From Planctomycetaceae bacterium (lineage in GTDB: Bacteria; Planctomycetota; Planctomycetia; Pirellulales; UBA1268), in the NCBI GenBank assembly GCA_046095965.1, contig JBJTJO010000123.1:1-37926 (forward strand): a stretch of 37,926 bases of DNA, written 5' to 3'. Positions 17,785 through 26,048 of the stretch are shown piece after piece (position 1 is the first letter of the stretch; the number at the start of each line of letters is the position of its first letter). A model generated the notes under the pieces. It worked only from the letters and a program-made list of their open reading frames with translations. It ran no database searches and had not been told where the DNA came from. The translations under genes were made by a program, and so were the position numbers.

Positions 17785-18011
17785 GGGCGAGGCTCCGGGA
17801 GGGGGAATTCCCGGGCGAGCATAGCCGCGCGATGGTGCCCACGGAACGTGCCGGACACGGCCCGGTCTCGCCGGCTCGGCCGGCCTCGACCCTGGGACGG
17901 CGGAATCCGGACTCGACCGATCGGCCCCGCGCGCCGGACGATGACGGCAGCCGGGGACGGTCCCGCGACCCCGGGCCGGTTTCCGCCCCACCCCGCCCGG
18001 AGCATCGCGTC

Positions 18012-18917
18012 ATGGACGAGCCCGCCGCCTGCTCCCCACCGGCCGCCACCGGGGTCGAGCGCTGGATCCGCGCCGCCACCCACGGCGCATGGCTCCCCTT
18101 CCTGCCCGCGGGTTGTCGCGAGCCGCTGGCCCGCGCGACGCTCGTGGCGCTCGTCGCCGCGGCGACCCTCGCGCTCGTCGCCCCGGCGGTGGACGCCCGC
18201 GGCGAGGCGTGGATCGAGCGCGCGTTCACGCGCACGCTGGGCGCGCTGGCGGCCACCCGCGGCCTCGACAGCGCGATCTCGCTGGCGCAGAGCTCTGAGG
18301 TGAGCTTCAGTTTCGGCCCCGGCGGCAGCCTCGGCATCGGCCAGGCGCTCGATCCGGTCAACGATCTCGTGGAGCAGTACGCCGCGCTCCTGCTGACGAG
18401 CACGACGGCGCTCGGGGTGCAGAGGCTGGGGCTGCAGGTGACCAAGGCGCTCGGCTGGCGACTGTTCCTGCCGGCGCTCGTGGCGTTCCTCGCCGCCGTG
18501 CCGTGTGGCAGCGCGACCCGCCACACGCTCCTCGCCTGGGGCCGGCGGCTGTTCGGGCTCGCGCTCTTCGCGCGGCTCGCGCTGCCGGCGGCGGGCGCGA
18601 TCGACGCCTGGGTCTCCGACCGGTTCCTGGAGTCGAACTACCAGGCGGCCGCCGAGCAGGTCACCGCCACCACGCAGCACATCGAGCAGGCCGAGGCAAC
18701 CGAGGCGGACCGCCCCTGGTACGAGCGCTACAACCCGCTCGACGCGATCGGTGACCGGGCCCGGAAGCTCTACGAGACCCTCTCCGCCGTGGGCGAGTCG
18801 ATCGTGAACCTCGCCATCTACTTCACCGTGTCCACGATCGTGCTGCCGCTCGGGACGCTCTGGCTCCTGTCCCGGGCCACCGGCGCCGTGTTCGCGCCGC
18901 CGGCGCGCGGGCGGTGA
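18012..18917 (+). CDS. hypothetical membrane protein (301 aa)
   Basis: Uses the inner ATG at 18012 (codon 61 of ORF 17832..18917). It has about four hydrophobic segments (LVALVAAATLALVAP, ALLLTSTTALGV, WRLFLPALVAFLAAV, IVNLAIYFTVSTIVLPLGTLWLL) and good GC3 bias. I recognise no family. Confidence 0.55.
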   Translation: MDEPAACSPPAATGVERWIRAATHGAWLPFLPAGCREPLARATLVALVAAATLALVAPAVDARGEAWIERAFTRTLGALAATRGLDSAISLAQSSEVSFSFGPGGSLGIGQALDPVNDLVEQYAALLLTSTTALGVQRLGLQVTKALGWRLFLPALVAFLAAVPCGSATRHTLLAWGRRLFGLALFARLALPAAGAIDAWVSDRFLESNYQAAAEQVTATTQHIEQAEATEADRPWYERYNPLDAIGDRARKLYETLSAVGESIVNLAIYFTVSTIVLPLGTLWLLSRATGAVFAPPARGR

Positions 18918-18950
18918 GCGGCCGCCGGCACACGCACGTTGATCCGGCCG

Positions 18951-20198
18951 CTACCAGCTGGCCTCGAGGCCGAGCGACGCGCCGTGCAGGAAGACGGTGT
19001 CCTTGGCGACACCCGTGCCGCTCGTCACCGAGTCGTTCGTGAAGTCCCACTGGCTCGCGGCCGGGGCCACGCCCGTCAGCCAGAGGAGCGTGTAGCCCGC
19101 ACGCACGCCCCAGTGGTCGCCGAGGCGGCGGACGATGGTGGCGTTCAAGTCGCCGATCATGCCCACGCCCATGGTCGAGGCCTTGCGCGGGTCTCGGATC
19201 TGTTCGAGGTCGGCGGGCGCGAGGATGGCGCTCTGCGCCTGCGACAGGACGCTGGCCATGAGGCCCGCCTTCGCCCAGCCCTCGACGGCCCAAGGGCCCC
19301 ACTCGATCCGCCGGCGGTGCCCGATCTGCGGGCCGAAGAGCTGCGACGACGTCGTCACGCGGTACGAGGTCGTATTGGACACTGGGGCCGGGGGCGGCGG
19401 AGTTGACCACGCCGTTACCTCGAGGTTCGCCGACTCGTCGAGGTACGCATAGCGGAGGCCGACGAGCCACTCCGCCGTCGGCACCATGCCGACCCGCCGC
19501 CACGGCAGCGGGTCGTGGCGCTGGCAGCCGTCGTGCGTGCGGGTGGTGAACAGGTTGCACTCGGCGGAGTTGAGCGTGGAGTTGAGCACCGGCCGGATGG
19601 CCGTCGCGGAACCGAATCCGGTATGTGTCTCCGTGTCGATGCCGAGCACGCCGGGTACCGCGAGGTCGCCGGCCGGCGAGACCGCGAGCGCCTCGGCATG
19701 CATGCCCGACACCCCGAGGTAGCCCACCTCGAAGCCCAGGCAGTCCCGCTTCCGCCAGGTCTGGAAGATCCGCCCGCCGGGACTCATCGGATACCGGACG
19801 TTGCCGGACCCGATCACCGTCGCGCCGGGGGTGTCGGTGAACGCACCGGAGACCGCGAGCGGGCCCACGCTGTTCTCGCGGTCGATGAACAGGGCATCGA
19901 CGGTCGTGAAGGTCTCCCATGCGGCGGGCGCGCACGGCTGGCACGTCACGCCACCGCCAGGCCGGAACGCGACACTCGCCTCGGGCATCTCCTCGACCAC
20001 GAAGGCGTCCGCGACCGGTGGCGGCTGCGCCGGCCCGGCATCCGTGGCACTTCCGTCCGTCGGGATCACGACCGGTGCGGCCGCCTCGTCGCCGCCCTCG
20101 CCGATCACGATCGGAACGGCATCGGGGCCGGCCCGGGCGCCGCTCGGCGCAGCGACGGCCCCGCACATCCACGCCGCGATCAGCACCCTCGTCAGCAT
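18951..20198 (-). CDS. putative outer-membrane beta-barrel protein (BBP7/DUF1551-like)
   Basis: Uses the inner ATG at 20198. The signal peptide is MLTRVLIAAWMCGAVAAPSGARA. Alternating beta-strand-like segments (LGFEVGYLGV, WLVGLRYAYLDE, WGVRAGYTLLWL) end in the aromatic terminus GLEASW, which is typical of OM barrels. The family assignment comes from overall resemblance only. Confidence 0.6.
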   Translation of the reverse strand: MLTRVLIAAWMCGAVAAPSGARAGPDAVPIVIGEGGDEAAAPVVIPTDGSATDAGPAQPPPVADAFVVEEMPEASVAFRPGGGVTCQPCAPAAWETFTTVDALFIDRENSVGPLAVSGAFTDTPGATVIGSGNVRYPMSPGGRIFQTWRKRDCLGFEVGYLGVSGMHAEALAVSPAGDLAVPGVLGIDTETHTGFGSATAIRPVLNSTLNSAECNLFTTRTHDGCQRHDPLPWRRVGMVPTAEWLVGLRYAYLDESANLEVTAWSTPPPPAPVSNTTSYRVTTSSQLFGPQIGHRRRIEWGPWAVEGWAKAGLMASVLSQAQSAILAPADLEQIRDPRKASTMGVGMIGDLNATIVRRLGDHWGVRAGYTLLWLTGVAPAASQWDFTNDSVTSGTGVAKDTVFLHGASLGLEASW

Positions 20199-20372
20199 CG
20201 CGCTTCCCCAACGGTCCCCGGGAGAAAGCCGTTCCTGGCCTTGCTCCACCGCGACGACCGGTACGGTCCCTACGACAGGAGCGATCGGTATCCGGGGCAG
20301 GGTCCTTGAGAATCGTCACGGTCGCCTTCCCGGCGGCGACAGGCGGGGCAAGCTGGGCGAGCGGGGCTGGCA

Positions 20373-21623
20373 TCAGCCCGCCGCGACGGCATCCTCGGCG
20401 AGCATGGCGGCCATCGGCGGCCAGAGTCGGTCGATCTCGGGATTGAAGATGTCGCCGATGAGCACGTCGGTGATCAGGGCCTTCAGGTCGCCGTGCCGAC
20501 GGACGAACGCGCCGAAGTTGAGGCCGTCGTAGAAGGCACAAACGAGTTTCCGCATCCGCTCGAGACCCTCGACGTAGCCCGGGCCCCAGATGCCCAGACG
20601 CTCGCCCGACGTGTCCCCCGCCGCGAGGCCGGCCACGATCGCGTCGCCGGCCAGGGCGCCGCTCGTCAGTGCCAACAGGATGCCCGACGAATAGAGCGGG
20701 TCGAGGAAGCCGAACGCGTCCCCGACGAGCACCCAGCCGTCGCCGGCCACCCGGCGCGAGCGGTAGGAGTATTCCTTCGCCACGCGGAACGGGCCCACCC
20801 GTTCGGCATCGGCGATCCGCGGCTGCACGCCGGGGCATCGCGCCACCTCGTCGAAGTAGATCGCCTCCGGATCGCGACCCCGGTCGCGGAACAGGTGATC
20901 GAAGGGCGCCACGATGCCGACGCTCGTGACGTCGTCGGCCAAGGGGATGAACCAGAACCAGCCCGCCTTGCCCTGCGTCTGGAGCACGAGCGTGGCGCCG
21001 GCATCGCGGCCGGACTCCCGACGGGCGCCCTTCCAGTAGGTCCAGACCGCCGCCTTCTTGAGGACCGGATCCCACTCGCGCAAACCCAGCCGGTCCTGGA
21101 TCAGGCAACCCTGGCCGGCCGCGTCCACCACCACCCGCGCCCGGACGACCTGCTCCCGGCCCGTGTCGTCCACCATCCGCACGCCGACCGCGCGGCTCCC
21201 CTCGAAGAGCACCTCGAGCACGCGCACCCCCTCGCGGACAATGGCGCCGCGCTCGCGGGCGGTGTCGAGCATCATCCGGTCAAACTCGGCGCGCGTGACC
21301 TGCCAGGTCTGCGAGCTCTCGTGCGGCTTGTAATCGGCGAAGTAAAAAGGCTCCGAGAGCCGGCCGTGCTCGTTGACGAACTGCACGGAATGTTTCTCGA
21401 CGAACCGGCTGCCGCGGAGTTTCGCGAGCAGTCCGAGCCGCTCGAGCACCCAGAACGTCTCCGGGATCAGCGACTCGCCGATGTGGTACCGCGGGAAGCG
21501 GTCGCGCTCGAGCACGAGAACCCGCCGGCCGGCGGCGGCGACGACGCCGGCGACGGTGGCCCCCGAGGGACCGCCACCGATCACGATGACGTCGGGTTCG
21601 CCCGCGTCCGACAAGCCCACCAT
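20373..21623 (-). CDS. FAD-dependent oxidoreductase, flavin-dependent halogenase-like
   Basis: The ATG at 21623 has GGAGGAG 6 nt upstream (the track ORF begins at a GTG at 21644). DVIVIGGGPSGA is the GxGxxG motif. GWFWFIPL (WFWFIP at 20943..20960) matches the WxWxIP halogenase motif. GDAFGFLDPLYSSG is also present. Confidence 0.8.
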   Translation of the reverse strand: MVGLSDAGEPDVIVIGGGPSGATVAGVVAAAGRRVLVLERDRFPRYHIGESLIPETFWVLERLGLLAKLRGSRFVEKHSVQFVNEHGRLSEPFYFADYKPHESSQTWQVTRAEFDRMMLDTARERGAIVREGVRVLEVLFEGSRAVGVRMVDDTGREQVVRARVVVDAAGQGCLIQDRLGLREWDPVLKKAAVWTYWKGARRESGRDAGATLVLQTQGKAGWFWFIPLADDVTSVGIVAPFDHLFRDRGRDPEAIYFDEVARCPGVQPRIADAERVGPFRVAKEYSYRSRRVAGDGWVLVGDAFGFLDPLYSSGILLALTSGALAGDAIVAGLAAGDTSGERLGIWGPGYVEGLERMRKLVCAFYDGLNFGAFVRRHGDLKALITDVLIGDIFNPEIDRLWPPMAAMLAEDAVAAG

Positions 21624-21697
21624 GCTCGCTCCTCCAGACCGCACGGCCCGGGCTTCACGACCACCCGCTCCTCGGCATCCGTCAGGCTAGGCCGCTC

Positions 21698-21726
21698 CCC
21701 CGGGCCCGGCAACCCGGGACCCGGGG
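21698..21726 (-). terminator. GC hairpin (7 + 5 bp, one bulged A, 4-nt loop) 26 nt downstream of the small basic protein gene
   Basis: 21698..21704 pairs with 21720..21726, and 21705..21709 pairs with 21714..21718. No U-tract follows. It lies between two same-strand genes. Confidence 0.35.
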
Positions 21727-21751
21727 CACGACGGACTCCCGCCGGTTCGTG

Positions 21752-22114
21752 TCAGCCCTCGAAGTGCTGCACGGCCTGGATCGCCGCCAGGGCCCGCTCG
21801 GCACCGCCGAACTGGCCGATCACCTTCTTGGCGATGACGAGATCCTCGACCGAGATGCCGGACTTCTTCCCCTTGGCCGCCGGCTTCCCCGCGCCGGCCG
21901 CCGCCTTCGCCACCTTCCGCCGCCGGCGGGGCCGGAAGCCCATGGCCTTGAGCACCATGCTCACCTGCGGCGACGAGACCACGACGCCCTGCTTCTTGAG
22001 CACGGCGATGATCGCCACCGGCCGGGGCTTCTCCCCCTTCTCCTTCATCGTCCGCGCGACCTTGCGGATTTCCTCGGATTTGTTCGTGCCCTTGACCTCT
22101 TTCTTCTCGACCAT
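21752..22114 (-). CDS. small basic protein (120 aa) with a Lys/Ala-rich, histone-H1-like central linker
   Basis: Uses the inner ATG at 22114 (last 120 codons of ORF 21752..22969), with GAGGAG 12 nt upstream. The product is MVEKKEVKGTNKSEEIRKVARTMKEKGEKPRPVAIIAVLKKQGVVVSSPQVSMVLKAMGF, then RPRRRRKVAKAAAGAGKPAAKGKKSG, then ISVEDLVIAKKVIGQFGGAERALAAIQAVQHFEG. Lys is encoded mainly by AAG, consistent with native codon usage. Confidence 0.6.
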   Translation of the reverse strand: MVEKKEVKGTNKSEEIRKVARTMKEKGEKPRPVAIIAVLKKQGVVVSSPQVSMVLKAMGFRPRRRRKVAKAAAGAGKPAAKGKKSGISVEDLVIAKKVIGQFGGAERALAAIQAVQHFEG

Positions 22115-22134
22115 CGGTATGCCCGGCTCCTCGC

Positions 22135-22185
22135 TGATATAACAGGAAAGTAAATCAAACTCACAAAAGTATAAGTCGAATCGGT
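22135..22185 (-). promoter_or_regulatory. AT-rich island, candidate promoter/leader of the small basic protein gene
   Basis: The plus strand reads tgatataacaggaaagtaaatcaaactcacaaaagtataagtcgaatc. This is the only stretch of its length in the window with clearly low GC. The minus strand carries TTGTGA, TTGATT and TATATC hexamers 25-60 nt upstream of the ATG, but I cannot fix exact -35/-10 boxes. Confidence 0.4.
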
Positions 22186-22239
22186 GGCGGGACAACCGGA
22201 CCGCTCGACGGGGCGGGCCGGGGCCACCCGCGTGCCGAT

Positions 22240-22995
22240 TCACGCGGGCGCGACGAGCGGACCGAGCAGTTTCGCCGCCGCGATCGCGAGCACGAGGGCC
22301 ATGAGTCCCTCGATCGTGCGCACCGGCAACCGCACGGCGCCGAGGTGCGCGCCCACGGCGCCGCCGACGCCCACGGCGGCGATCGCGGGCAGGCTCAGCG
22401 GCGGGATCGTGCCCCCGGCGACGAGCCGGCCCGCGAGGCCGGCGAGCGAATTGACGAGGATGAACGCCGCCGAGGTGGCCGCGACCTCCCGGACCGGCGC
22501 CGCCCGGAGGGCCAGCAGGGCCGGCGTGAGGAACACCCCGCCCCCCACGCCGGTCAGCCCCGAGAGCAGGCCGATCGCGCCGCCGAGGGCACCGAGCGCG
22601 CCGGGGCGCGGCGCGACGTCCGCGCCTGAATCGGCCACGGCCGCGGGCGCCGCCGCGTGCGTGGCTAGCCGCGCGGCCGAGACGGCGAGCACGGCCCCGA
22701 GCAGCGCCTCGAAGACGACCGGGTGCAGGCCGATCGCGCCGCCGGCGAACGCGGCCGGCACGCTCGCCGCCGCGAGCGGCACGAGCAGGCCGCGCCGCAG
22801 GTGCCCCGCCCGCGCGAACTGCACGGTCGCGATCGTGGCCACGCAGACGTTGAGCACGAGGGCCGTCGGCCGCACGACGTCCGGACCCAGGCCGGCCAGC
22901 GTCAGCACCGCGATGTAGCCGGTCGCTCCCGCGTGCCCCACGCTGGCGTAGAGCAGGGCCACGGCGCAAAGCGCCAGCGGCAGCCAGGCGGTCAT
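22240..22995 (-). CDS. TauE/SafE (DUF81) family sulfite/anion exporter-like membrane protein
   Basis: Uses the inner ATG at 22995 (last 251 codons of ORF 22240..23478). It is polytopic and Gly/Ala-rich, with two repeated halves (GATGYIAVLTLAG and LTGVGGGVFLTPALL), typical of TauE/SafE. An ATGA overlap joins it to the upstream DUF2237 gene. Confidence 0.8.
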   Translation of the reverse strand: MTAWLPLALCAVALLYASVGHAGATGYIAVLTLAGLGPDVVRPTALVLNVCVATIATVQFARAGHLRRGLLVPLAAASVPAAFAGGAIGLHPVVFEALLGAVLAVSAARLATHAAAPAAVADSGADVAPRPGALGALGGAIGLLSGLTGVGGGVFLTPALLALRAAPVREVAATSAAFILVNSLAGLAGRLVAGGTIPPLSLPAIAAVGVGGAVGAHLGAVRLPVRTIEGLMALVLAIAAAKLLGPLVAPA

Positions 22996-23399
22996 GGGGT
23001 GGCGACCGCGTGCCGGCGCAGGAGGTCGAGCGACACGACGGCGAGGGTCCGCTCGTGCGTGGCCTCGAGCACGACCGGCGGGGCGCGGCCGGCCTCGGCG
23101 GCCTCCCGCCACCGCGCCGCGCAGAGGCACCAGCGGTCGCCCGCCACGAGCCCCGGAAAGTCCCACTCGGGCCGCGGCGTGACGAGGTCGTTGCCCGCCG
23201 CCACCGTGAACTCGAGGAAGTCGCTCGTCATCACCGCGCAGACGGTGTGCATGCCGGCGTCGTCGGCGCTCGTGCGGCAGCAGCCGTCGCGGAAGAAGCC
23301 GGTGAGCGGGTCGCGCGAGCAGGCGACGAGCGGACCGCCGAGCACGTTGCGTTCGCCGGCCCCGCGGGCGGGATCGTGCGGACGGTCGAAGGCGATCAT
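22992..23399 (-). CDS. DUF2237 family Cys-rich protein (135 aa)
   Basis: Only the last 135 codons of the 1169-aa ORF 22992..26501 are used, starting at the ATG at 23399. PLTGFFRDGCC, GMHTVCAVMT..FLEF, GNDLVTPRPE..FPGLVAGDRWCLCAARW and PPVVLEATH match the DUF2237 pattern as I remember it. Confidence 0.8.
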   Translation of the reverse strand: MIAFDRPHDPARGAGERNVLGGPLVACSRDPLTGFFRDGCCRTSADDAGMHTVCAVMTSDFLEFTVAAGNDLVTPRPEWDFPGLVAGDRWCLCAARWREAAEAGRAPPVVLEATHERTLAVVSLDLLRRHAVATP

Positions 23400-23422
23400 C
23401 GTGGGATTTCCGGCGGAGCGCA

Positions 23423-23436
23423 CCCGCGGCCGCGGG
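23423..23436. promoter_or_regulatory. perfect 14-bp palindrome cccgcggccgcggg in the divergent DUF2237 / miaE intergenic region
   Basis: It is exactly self-complementary and centred 24-37 nt upstream of the DUF2237 start. GC-only palindromes of this kind can arise by chance at this GC content. Confidence 0.2.
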
Positions 23437-23525
23437 CGCCGCCCGGGTATCATGCCCGGCGCGGCGGACGCCACGCAAGCGGCCGCCGCGAGCCCTTCCC
23501 GACGCCCCGGCATGGGCGACCGCCG

Positions 23526-24101
23526 ATGCTCAGCCTCCAGTCCCCCACCGCCCCCCGCTGGCTCGCGCAGGTCGATGCCGGCCTCGACGACATCCTCGTC
23601 GATCACGCGCACTGCGAAAAGAAGGCCGCCGGCGTGGCGATGAACCTGCTCTTCTCCTACGTGGACCACGTCGATCTCGCCCGGGCGATGACCGAGATCG
23701 TCAACGAGGAGCTCGAGCACTTCCGGCTCGTCCTCGACCTGCTGGAGCGCCGGGGCATCCCGTTCCGCAAGCTCGCCCCGAGTTCCTACGGGGCCCGCCT
23801 CCACGAACGGATCCGCCGCGCGGAGCCGGGCCGGGCCGTCGATCGGCTGCTCGTCGCGGGGCTCATCGAGGCCCGCAGCTGCGAGCGGTTCAGCGTTCTC
23901 GCCGACCACGTGTCCGACCCGGAGCTCCGCGGCTTCTACCGCGGCCTCTTCGAGTCCGAGGCCCGCCACCACGCGACCTACGTCCGCCTGGCCTGCAACT
24001 TCGCCCCGGAGCCGGCCGTCCGCGAGCGGCTCCATTCGCTCGCCGCCGAGGAGGCCGCGATCATCGCCGCGGGCGATCCGGTCCCCAGGATGCACAGCTA
24101 G
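23526..24101 (+). CDS. miaE: tRNA-(ms2io6A37)-hydroxylase (non-heme diiron)
   Basis: Uses the inner ATG at 23526 (codon 173 of ORF 23010..24101). LVDHAHCEKKAA, EELEHF, IEARSCERF and ESEARHH are the MiaE ferritin-like diiron ligand motifs. Confidence 0.85.
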   Translation: MLSLQSPTAPRWLAQVDAGLDDILVDHAHCEKKAAGVAMNLLFSYVDHVDLARAMTEIVNEELEHFRLVLDLLERRGIPFRKLAPSSYGARLHERIRRAEPGRAVDRLLVAGLIEARSCERFSVLADHVSDPELRGFYRGLFESEARHHATYVRLACNFAPEPAVRERLHSLAAEEAAIIAAGDPVPRMHS

Positions 24102-24110
24102 GCTCCATCC

Positions 24111-26048
24111 ATGGCCGCACCCGCGACGCACCCGCACGGCCGCCGGTTCCCGCTCCAGGAAACGATCGCCGGCGGGGCGCTCGTGGCCCTCGCGGCCTGG
24201 GCCGCGCTGACCTGGAGCGGCCGCGGTGCGGCGCCTGTCGATCTCGGGCCGCTCGATCCGGGCCGCTGGTTTCCGGGCCGGTCGCTCACGGTCGGGGACC
24301 TCCCGCTCGTGGCGATACTCGTCCTCGGCGGCATCCCGCTCGTCTGGGATCTGCTCACGAAGCTCCTCGGCGGCACGTTCGGGTCGGACCTGCTGGCAGG
24401 CATCTCGATCGTCACGAGCGTCGTCCTCGGCGAGTACCTCGCCGGCGTGCTCGTCGTGCTCATGCTCTCGGGGGGCGAGGCGCTCGAGGCCCGTGCGGTC
24501 AGCCGCGCGGGCGCCGTGCTCGAGGCCCTGGCGCGCCGGATGCCCACGCTCGCCCACAAGAAGACCGCCAGCGGGCTTGACGACGTGGCGCTCGACGCAG
24601 TGGCCGTCGGCGACGTGCTCGTCGTGCTGCCGCACGAGATCTGCCCGGTGGACGGCACGGTCGTCTCCGGCCGGGGATCGATGGACGAGAGCTACCTGAC
24701 CGGTGAGCCCTACCGGATGGCGAAGGCGCCCGGGTCGGCCGTGCTCTCCGGCGCGATCAACGGCCAGGCCGCGCTCGAGGTCCGCACCGAGCGGGTGGCC
24801 GGCGACAGCCGGTACGCCAAGATCATGGAGGTGTTGCGGACGAGCGAGGAGCGCCGGCCGCGGCTCCGCCGCCTCGCCGACGCGCTCGGTGCCCTCTACA
24901 CGCCGCTGGCGGTGGCGATCGCCGCGGCGGCCTGGTTCGCGAGCGGCGAAGCGCGCCGCTTCCTGGCCGTGCTCGTCGTGGCCACGCCCTGCCCGCTGCT
25001 GATCGCCATCCCGGTGGCGATTATCGGCGCGGTGTCGCTGGCGGCCCGCCGCGGCATCGTGATCCGCGACCCCGCGATCCTCGAGCGGCTGGCCACCTGC
25101 CGCACCGCGATCTTCGACAAGACCGGCACGCTCACCTACGGCACGCCGCGGCTGACCGAGCTCGTGACCGTCGGATCCCTGGGCGAGGCCGACGTCGTGG
25201 CGCTCGCCGCGAGCCTCGAGGCCTACTCGAAGCACCCGCTCGCCGCGGCGGTCGTCCAGGCCGCGGCCGACCGCTCGGTGCGGCTCTTGGAGGTGGAGAA
25301 CCTCGCCGAGAAGCCGGGCCAGGGGCTGGTCGGCAAGGTCAAGCGGCTCAATGGCGGCGCGGAGACGCACGAGGTGGCCATCACGAGCCGGCAGAAGCTC
25401 GGGGCCGCGGGGGACGCGCTGCCGGCCGCCGCCGGTGGTCTCGAGTGCGTCGTGGTCGTGGACGGCGTGCCGGAGGCGCTGCTCCGCTTCCGCGACTCGC
25501 CCCGGGCCGACGGCCGCTCGTTCGTGCGCCACCTCGCACCCGCGCACCACCTCACGCGGGTGATGCTCGTCTCCGGTGACCGCGAGAGCGAGGTCCGCTG
25601 GCTCGCGAACGTGGTCGGCATCACGGAGGTCCACGCCGGCATCCAGCCCGAGGGGAAGCTCAGGATCGTGGAGGCGGCAACCGCCGAGGCGCCGACCGTG
25701 TTCGTCGGCGACGGCATCAACGACGCCCCGGCGCTCGCCGCCGCGACCGTGGGCATCGCCATGGGCACGGCGAGCGACGTGACGAGCGAGGCCGCCGGCG
25801 CCGTGGTCATGGACTCGGCGCTCGAGCGGGTCGACGAGCTCTTCCACATCGGCGCGCGGATGCGGTCGATCGCCCTGCAGAGCGCGATCGGCGGCATGGC
25901 CGCGAGCGTCTGCGGCATGGCGGCCGCGGCCGCGGGGATCCTGCCGCCGGCGTGGGGCGCGCTCGCCCAGGAGGCGATCGACGTGGTCGCCGTGCTCAAC
26001 GCGCTCCGCGTGGCCTGGCGGCCGGGCGACCTCACGGACTACCGCTGA
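24111..26048 (+). CDS. heavy-metal P1B-type ATPase with a TPCP transmembrane motif (P1B-5-like) and no N-terminal metal-binding domain
   Basis: 645 aa. Core motifs are LTGEP, DKTGTLT, SKHPLA and [11 protein letters not shown]. The TM metal site reads [11 protein letters not shown] (TPCP at 24984..24995) rather than CPC/SPC/CPH. The last TM region contains QEAID. There is no CxxC/HMA domain and no hemerythrin extension. Confidence 0.9.
   Translation: MAAPATHPHGRRFPLQETIAGGALVALAAWAALTWSGRGAAPVDLGPLDPGRWFPGRSLTVGDLPLVAILVLGGIPLVWDLLTKLLGGTFGSDLLAGISIVTSVVLGEYLAGVLVVLMLSGGEALEARAVSRAGAVLEALARRMPTLAHKKTASGLDDVALDAVAVGDVLVVLPHEICPVDGTVVSGRGSMDESYLTGEPYRMAKAPGSAVLSGAINGQAALEVRTERVAGDSRYAKIMEVLRTSEERRPRLRRLADALGALYTPLAVAIAAAAWFASGEARRFLAVLVVATPCPLLIAIPVAIIGAVSLAARRGIVIRDPAILERLATCRTAIFDKTGTLTYGTPRLTELVTVGSLGEADVVALAASLEAYSKHPLAAAVVQAAADRSVRLLEVENLAEKPGQGLVGKVKRLNGGAETHEVAITSRQKLGAAGDALPAAAGGLECVVVVDGVPEALLRFRDSPRADGRSFVRHLAPAHHLTRVMLVSGDRESEVRWLANVVGITEVHAGIQPEGKLRIVEAATAEAPTVFVGDGINDAPALAAATVGIAMGTASDVTSEAAGAVVMDSALERVDELFHIGARMRSIALQSAIGGMAASVCGMAAAAAGILPPAWGALAQEAIDVVAVLNALRVAWRPGDLTDYR

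Noticed and set aside
17803-17812. Perfect 10-bp palindrome gggaattccc just upstream of the esterase gene; also ccccggccgggg at 9205..9216
   Set aside because: They are short, isolated and of a kind expected by chance in GC-rich DNA. There are no repeated copies or paired half-sites in the window.
16082-21108. Long ORFs 16082..18526 (814 aa) and 18823..21108 (761 aa) on the minus strand, and 16489..18303 and 19515..20309 on the plus strand
   Set aside because: They are Arg/Gly/Pro-rich shadow frames overlapping the esterase, membrane protein, OM barrel and FAD-enzyme genes, with no motifs and the wrong GC3 phase.
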